Positions 55,061 to 64,000 of a stretch of DNA of 64,000 bases are shown in pieces (position 1 is the first letter of the stretch; each line of letters opens with the position of its first letter). This stretch comes from the human T2T-CHM13v2.0 reference genome, Homo sapiens. A model generated the notes under the pieces. It was not told the origin of the DNA. It ran no database searches and was given only the letters and a program-made list of their open reading frames with translations. The translations under genes were made by a program, and so were the position numbers. Location: assembly GCF_009914755.1 (NCBI RefSeq), contig NC_060930.1; one strand, 5' to 3'.

Positions 55061-58000
55061 GAGAAAACCTTTTCTCTGATAGAGGAGACTCAGCTTTCCA
55101 AACAGGACCCAATAGAGATAGCATGAGGCCAACTAAATTTGTCTCTTTTCTTTTCTCCCTTTTTTCCTTGCCATTTACCCAAAGGAGAAAATAAAACCCT
55201 TTTATTATTTTTTAACATTACATAAAAATCGTCTTTGAAAGAGAAAAGTAAATTTCATGTTTGTATTAGTGAATTTTTAATGTTAAGGCTAGTTTTTTAA
55301 ATACAATTTTATATCTGTTCAGTTTTAATTAATTTGACCATAAGGTAAGATTTTTATAAACTTTTTAGAACCCTTTACAATTTTCCATCAAATAGTAGAT
55401 TAATTTTTTAAGAAAACCCTGTTATTTGGACACATGGGCCCAGATTCTGGCCCCATAACAGTATCATTTTAGTGTTTTAACCTATGGAAAAAAGCTAAAT
55501 AATTTTTTTTAAATCTTAGCCAACTTGTTTAGACCCACAGAATTTTTTAATAAGATAAACTCATTACAAACCCTTTCACTTTGCTTGAACTTCTAGTTTT
55601 GTTTCATTACTCTTTTAGGTTAAGACAATCTTTAAGACCCTCTGAACTAGTCAAAATTATATTCCCTTTAACAAAAGCCATATTCCTGTGCCTTTTTATA
55701 ATCTTTTAACAAAAACACGTTTTACACACCTTGCATGTAAAACTGTTTCTCCAGTTGTCTTAATTGTATGTTATAATGTTAACTTTTAGCAACTTTTATT
55801 TTGAGTGAAAAACTTGATAAGTAAGTGATTTTTAACTATATACCGGGGTGGATCCTAGGACGTCAGACAGAAATGAAGATAAGGTTTGACTGTTTTCAGC
55901 ATAGCTAGCGGGCATAGCTCTTCGTATGTCCCCAGGCCTTATTTATAATCTAATGCTCCAAAGTAGGTAAATCAAACAATTTTCAAAAGTTAAAGAAACA
56001 CTTTGACCTTAAAGCATTTAGCAAATCGGATATCTGACCTTCATTTAGACCAAATGTTTACATTTTCAAGACATTTTATTTTACTAATAATTTTTAAAAC
56101 TGTCCTTATTTCCAAAAGATGACCGAGGTCATGTGAACAAAACGGCATTAAAGTTTTTATTTTTCTGACAAAATATTTGACTTAAGTGCTTTTTTTAAGC
56201 CAATTAATCAGAGCTTTTTTATATATAAACATCACCCACACACACAACACATATACATACAGGCAGACAGAAGATTCGGCACTTAGAAGATTTTTCATTT
56301 GCCAGTTTTGTAATTGGATTACTGGCTTAAGGGTGGAGCGCTTGGAGCAACAGGGCTAGGAAAGCATGCATTTCTAGGGCCAAAGAAGCAGCAAGTAAGC
56401 AGCTGAAGGCAAAGACAGATCCCCAAAATTAGGCGTGCCATTTTATACTGGATCCTGGATCCCCAAAAGGAGGGAAATAACTCCAGGAGAAGACAGTGCG
56501 GTGCAGCTACTCTGCATTTCATTGCATGGCAACTCAAAGCCCATCAGCCCATTTTGTAATCAGCCTATCCTTCACCGGAGTCTCATCTCCCAGTCGCGGG
56601 CGAGGATGTTTCCTTGTCTTCCAGGTGGCTGAGAGCATGCTTCTCCGATCCAGGTGTGCAAAGAGTCAAGTATCCCTCCATAACTATTATTAGCAATCCC
56701 TTGAAGTATATTTCCTACCTAGTTATTACACACCAAAGTTCTTTCATAATGCGAAGTAATTTCTGATACCCCCAAAACTCAAAACCGTCAGATATCACAG
56801 TGCAAAACAGAACAGTGCCTTTGATTTTGAGAGGGATTTATCCGCTTTTAATTCCTGGGGTTTCATGAGGAAAACAGAGGTTTTTGTTTTTTTTCCCAAA
56901 ATGGGGCCTGCGGTGCCTTCTGTTTTTCCCAATGAGTTCCAGGCTACCAGAAGTTATCTTAGGACCTCTTACATGTGTGTTAAGAGTGGCAAGATGAAAA
57001 AAAAAAAAATGGAGAAAAATAATTCAATTGACTGAGAAGAAAAAACTTTTTTCTAGAAAAACAAGTTCCAAGAAGAGAAAAACCTAAAGGCCTTTTAAAT
57101 ATATCTATAGTTTGTTTATCCACTTTTAATTAAGCTGGCTTTTAATCATAGTGTTTAAAAAAAAATCCTTAAAAATTTTTTTATTACCCAACTTTAGCCA
57201 TGCCAAGCAGCCAATATTTTTGGCTTTTGAATTTTACCACAGGTAACGTCCCACATGAAATTAATCAGTTTTACTTTACTAATTTGCATAATTACTTTAA
57301 TGATTTACATAATTAAGGTTATAACTTAACCATGGACACATAGGTGTCTTAAAGAGATGGTGAGCAGTTTCTTTTTTTTCTCTCTCTTTTTTTTCTTTTA
57401 CAAGATTTAGAATGTCCCCCAGGGTAGTTTAGAGAAAGGAAAATTTAAGACTGCGAATCAGAAGCTAATAGGGGGGAAAACCTCAATAAATGGCAAAGTT
57501 ACATAAGTAAAAAACCGGAAAGGAATCATTCCGGAAGCCAAGAATAGAACCCAGGCTGCTACTGTCAAAAAGCAAAGCCTTAGCTACTGAGTCGGAGAGC
57601 AGTGAGCAGTTTCTATTGCTCCTCCCAGAAGGAGCCTAGAGAAGCCAGTTTCAAGCTTGCAATGGCTTTTAACTGCTTAAGATAATTTTTAGGGCTATGA
57701 CATGGACCTCAAAATTCCTGTCCTCTGGATGGCGGAAACCAAGAGAAAGTATCCCCACATAGTCACAAGGTTAAGCTCTTAAGGACACAGAACAAGACAG
57801 AGGAATTTCATACAGTATTTATTGGTTTCAGAGACCTGTAGCAAAGTTTGTAACTGACCAGCCTGCTGCAAGCTTATGGGGGTCTTAAACCCACATTCTA
57901 TCCTGTGATACTCCTTTCTCCATTATAGAACACAGAAAAGCAAATTCTTAGCACAAAGTACACCAGATTTGCTACCGCCTAAGACGAGTCTCACAAATCC

Positions 58001-58207
58001 TTTTTCTGTTCATCAAACCCTTGCAGAGAGACAAGTAGTGACATTTACTGTTTACCCAGACAGAGAGAGAGAGGGGGGGGTCCAGAAACTTGGCTGGTAG
58101 GAATTTCTTACCCTTTTTTGCCAGCATACCAGGTTTCCGGGCTCCCTTTCTCTGCAGCTTCCTGAAGAATGGAGTGGCTTCTGATGACCCTGCTCACCGC
58201 ACCATAG

Positions 58208-58543
<336 letters not shown>

Positions 58544-59606
58544 CTTCAAGCCACTTTACCAGAGACAATCACCCTTTCCTGTTTTATGGAACCATATGCA
58601 AGATTCTTAATTTGCAAGATGCTGCCCAGTGGGCTGCAGGGGAGATCAAATTAACATTTTCCATTCCAGCAAAACACACATAACAAAACAAACATTAGTC
58701 ACCTTGTTCGGCACCAAGTATTAACCTGGCAAAGCTCAAACTTTTTCCCGTTGGTCCCTGTTGTCTTTGATTCATTCCAGGTGGGAAGGGACGACCTCCA
58801 AACGGTAATTCACAATGGGGTCTCTGGGCAAGGCAAAGAGCAGATAGTTACCCAGAGAGACAGGCCTGTTGAGCCTTCTTTAGGACTCATTGAATGTGAC
58901 CAGACAAATAAGGAGGGTTCTCTGAGTTAGCCATGCTGGATTTCCATCAGCAACCCCTTCTGAGATCCCTTCCACATATACAAACACACACAAAGACGAG
59001 ACAGACAGAAGGCCTTCCAAATCAGATCCCTAACCAAGAACTCCAAGAGTATCCCTTCCAAATGATTGTCCTATTCTCCGTCTGAGAAACCTCCTCAAAA
59101 TCTTCCTGGTTGAGAAGTCTCCCAAACCAGGACTCTTCCTACTACTTAGAAAGAGCCAACCAAGATCCCCCAGGAGCTGAACAGACACCCCACAATGGGG
59201 CTATAGACAGACACCCCATAGTGGAGCTACAAAGAGACACCCTGCAGTGAGGCTACAAACACCCCACCATAGGGCTACAGAACCAGTTTGGAGAAGGAAG
59301 GAGGCATTGGCAGTGCCTAGGATACTCACCAATCCAGACACCCCGCAATGGGGCTACAGAAAGACACCCACCATGGGGCTACAGACAGATACCCTGTCAT
59401 AGGGCTACAGTTAAGGGACGTCTTCCCAGGACTATTTCTCCATTGCAATTAAATCCATGCATATTGGGTCGGCAGCACCCTGCCAGTAGAGAGAGTACCA
59501 GAGTCCCCAGTCCCCAGTCCCCAGAACTAGGTGGCCGCTTGGGCTGGCTTCTGGATCCATTGCTGGAGGGGAGCCACTGAACCAGGGGCAGGTAGCCACA
59601 AGGACA

Positions 59607-59624
59607 ATCCCGGACAAGCCCCCA
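59607..59624 (-). other. Retroviral primer-binding site for tRNA-Pro
   Basis: TGGGGGCTTGTCCGGGAT matches the canonical Pro PBS TGGGGGCTCGTCCGGGAT at 17/18 positions, 4 nt after the 5' LTR. Confidence 0.92.
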
Positions 59625-59628
59625 AATT

Positions 59629-60318
59629 TGTAACCACCCAAGGGGTTCACCTTGCACACTACCTGGACAGAGCCGATTCAACAAGACAGGGGAATTGCAA
59701 TGGAGAAAGAGTAATTCACACAGAGCCGTCTGTGTGGGAGACTGGAGTTTTATTGTTACTCCAATCAGTCTCCCTGAGCATTCAGGAATCAGAGTTTTTA
59801 AGGATAACTTGGTGGGTGGGGGGAAGCCAGTGAGCCAGGAGTGTTGATTGGTCAGGGATGAAATCATAGGAAGTTGAAGCTGTCTTTTTGCGTTGAGTCA
59901 GTTCCTGGGTGGGGGCCGCAAGATCAGATGAGCCAGTTGATTGATCTGGTTGGTGCCAGCTGATCCGTCAAGGGCAGGGTCTGCAAAATATCTCAAGCAC
60001 TGATCTTAGGAGCAGTTTAGAGAGGGTTAAAATTTTGTAGCCTCAAACTGCATAACTCCTAAACCATAATTTTTAATTTGGTCGCTAACATTAGTCCTAC
60101 AGAAGCAATCTAGTCCCCAGGCATGAAGGAGGTCTGCTTGGGAAAGGGCTGTTACTGTCTTTGTTTAAACTATAAACTATAAACTAAGTTTCTCCAAAAG
60201 TTAGTTCAGCCCACACCCAGGAATAAACAAGGACAGCTTAAAGGTTAAAAGCAAGATAAAAGCAGTTAAGTTAAATCTCTTTCACTATCTCAGTTATAAT
60301 TTTGCAAAGACGGTTTCA
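59629..60318 (-). mobile_element. 5' LTR (LTR8)
   Basis: Direct repeat of 51688-52366 with TG...CA termini. Confidence 0.9.
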
Positions 60319-62964
60319 GGATTGGTCACCAGCTCCCCTGGGCAGGCCTGGCAACTGTGAGGAATGTGACTTGAAAACCACTGATTGGCATCATTCTAAC
60401 CCCGCTCCCCTATCCTAGTTTTTTTAAGCCACTGAACCTATATCTGTCCCAGGATCACAGAATGACAAAATTAAGAGCGGAAGTCCTGTTCCTTCTAACT
60501 GCAAAATTCTTTTTCTTGATGGAAAGATGTTTATTTTATCCCTGTTTACATTAATTTGCCTAAACACACATGTTCTAATACCTAGAAACAACTTTGCAAT
60601 TTAAAAACAGAGCATTTTGTTAGATCTCTCATTTCTTCCATTGCTAGAGAAAGTTCTAATGAGAGTGAGGGCAGAATTATAGAACTAAGTTGAACCTACA
60701 TGACAGAAAATTTAAATTAAAAACAATTTACTATCAGAGTCTTCATATTGGTGTTTGTGTGTTTGATTTATTTGCTTGACACCTACCCACATTATGCAGG
60801 ATATACTGAATTGGTTATACTTACCATAATTTATAATATTTAGGTATGTATACTTGAGAAAGGATACCTTGTTCTGAAATTATGCAAGGGCTAGGTATTG
60901 AGAATTATGGACAATTTTCTTTACTACTGCAACTCTAAGATATGGTCTCTAAGGATGAACTTACAGTTGACAAAGACAAATCTGTGAAATATTAAATGCA
61001 TAAGTTAAGTGACAGCTTGAGGCAGCAAATATGGGAAATCAGGATGGTTATTAAATGAATTAGGGGTTCGGAATAGGGAAAATGAATTCTTCAGGATGAG
61101 GTGATCTGGGCTTGCGGTCAGGTCTAGATATGAGTTGGGAGAAGCTTTGGAGGCATCGCAGGAGAGTGTAAAAGACAAGCAGACGTGTAGCGTGGGAAAG
61201 GAACGTTTAAGGGAGAGCAAGCTCCTCTCTTTTAAAGGTAATGAGAAAGGTATGTTTAAAGTTAAGATACAAGAGATTATGGCCCTTAACAGTATACTGT
61301 GAATAGAAAATTATAATGCAGATAATTTATAAAATACTTCCTAAGGTGGCATAACATTTTTATAAGAAAATTGTTGGGCTTGCAGGGCTGTAACCCCCAT
61401 TGTGGACAACAGACAAGTTAATGTCAAAATATAGAAGATTTGATTTTAGTGAGCTGACTTGCATTGCATGATCAGCTGTATGATGTTAATAGTAAATAGT
61501 ATATTTAGATATGTCCATGTGAATTCCAGTATTTATGGAATATTTATCTGAAATTCTGAAAGATACACTATCTTAGATTTTCCCACATAACCAATCATTC
61601 TTCCCAGAGTAACATTTATATAAATTTATATGTGTAGCAAAACAACATGACTTATAGTTATCTAGAGTATCCCTCATCAGAGGAGTATTAAGGGTTTTTA
61701 AGAAGTGATTATTAAGTTATAAGCACTTAAACTTATATAGAAAGTTATATTCAGAGTATGGCCATCTCTCAGAATGGCTTGGTGGATTATCCTGTATTCA
61801 TTTCTTATATTCACACAAATAAAACTGTTGTCATAGTGTCCTTGTTACCCTTTTGCAAATTTAGCGACATACCTTTGCCATTTTTAGTAAGGAGATTCAT
61901 TTATGCTGACATTGCAGGGTCTGTTGTAGTCAGCTCTGATGGGTGGAGGTTTTGCAGTGGGATGGGAAGTGATGTACTACTTTATATCCTTTTGTTGATG
62001 GTATATTCTATATGATTTTTACTCTATTTTTTGCATATCATTATTTGCTGTAGAAATGTAAAATCCTGAGCGAATAAGAAACAATTCACATAATTTTGTT
62101 TCAGAATGGACCACCAAATTTGGCAGTGTAAAATGCTGTTACTTATTGCTGTAGACAAAATGAACACTTTCAAAGTTAATTCTGCATAGCTGAAATTCTT
62201 TGACAACAAAATAAATTCTGGATACTAGTAGAAAATTTATGGATTTCAATTAGAGTTTGTAGTGTGTCATAATTCCAGTTTTATATTCCATGCAGTTCAG
62301 TTTTGGGTTTTTAATGGGGCCAGTGCAGTAATAATAAAAATGATTCAAAATGCACCCAGTAATTACAGAGATTTGCTGTTGCGTTTGCATTAAAAATGAT
62401 GATGATTTATGCTCGGTGAAATTGTGGTCTGTGGCTCTATTTAGGGCATTCTTGCTATTAAGCTGCTTATTAGTTATGGTCAGTGATTTAAAGCTTAAGA
62501 CCTACATTAGAGGACTGTAAAATTATTTATTCTTTAATAGATAATAGTAAATTTGAAGCAGACATTAGATTAATTATAATCTTGTACATTAACGAATACG
62601 GATTAGTCCTTTGTCTCTTTTTAGGTCTTTTGAAATTCAAGTAAATGGAAAATGAGTTGATTGAGTTAGAGAGTTCAGTGAATTTACTTTTGCCTCCTGG
62701 TTTGTAAATAGTTAACACCTTTTCCAAATTTCTCATTGTGGGTCCTTCTCCACACTAAACAAATGCAAGTTCTCGCAATAACTTGTCTTTGTTCCATGTT
62801 GACATTCCTTAAATTAGCTGAAAAGATCTGAGAGGGAGGCTTTTTGCCTGATTTGGGGGCAGGGGCTGTGGGGGATGGAAATGTAGTTAAGGATAAGCGG
62901 ACTTTAATTTGGCATTGCAGAAGGGAGTTTGTCATTATTCCTATTACTAGTAATTATGTATAAA

Positions 62965-63075
62965 TTTACATATATGTGTGTATATATTTATACTCAGGTG
63001 CACACAAGTACAAATGTGTGCATGTGTGTGTGTATATATAAAACACAGACACACACATATATACATACATAAATC
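62965..63075. repeat. Mixed (TA)/(TG)/(CA) low-complexity tract
   Basis: Visible directly. Confidence 0.8.
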
Positions 63076-63284
63076 AGGTTATATACCTTTCTTTATATTT
63101 TATGTAAGACAGAAATCATCTAATATAAACATCAAAGTGTATTAGGATAGGAATTTCTTGTAACATTAATTAAATTTGATATTCAAATTCCTGTGTAATG
63201 CTTGGGTGTTATGCTAAAACAAGATAAATATCTAAGAGAAAGAGACTGCATATAAAGCTGTTAAATCAAATGAGAAAATATGTG

Positions 63285-64000
<716 letters not shown>

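Noticed and set aside
57529-57600. Functional tRNA gene
   Set aside because: The acceptor and anticodon stems do not pair cleanly and an internal T5 run would terminate Pol III; kept only as a tRNA-like relic.
59181-59410. CRISPR-like appearance of the ~25-nt repeat array
   Set aside because: The units are adjacent and degenerate with no unique spacers, lie inside an ERV leader, and have no cas genes nearby in a mammalian context.
59397-59867. 156-aa minus-strand ORF as a possible gag
   Set aside because: It starts inside the LTR, crosses the PBS and shows no Gag motifs.

Overview
Primate (human-like) genomic DNA. It contains the CpG-island promoter, coding exon 1 (153 codons, N-terminal SAM domain, 26223-26681) and the first ~37 kb of intron 1 of SAMD5. 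I did not recognise exon 2 in the window. The rest is mostly interspersed repeats: a 5'-truncated L1PA, about 14 Alus (most with visible target-site duplications, TSDs), L2/MIR, MaLR LTRs (THE1, MST, MLT1), an MLT2 LTR and the DNA transposons Charlie1a and Tigger2a. Intron 1 also holds a complete, apparently non-autonomous LTR8/HUERS-P1 provirus in antisense (51688-60318) with both LTRs, a tRNA-Pro PBS and a PPT. I see no support for a new multi-gene system. The most interesting unexplained signals are: (1) a perfect 29-bp-arm intronic inverted repeat (31714-31781); (2) a nearby 71-bp local duplication whose upstream copy has microexon-like splice signals; (3) a uORF plus an open in-frame non-AUG extension in the SAMD5 leader; and (4) a decayed tRNA-like module and a hairpin-repeat array inside the provirus. 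Gene and repeat-family names come from recall of consensus sequences, not database searches.
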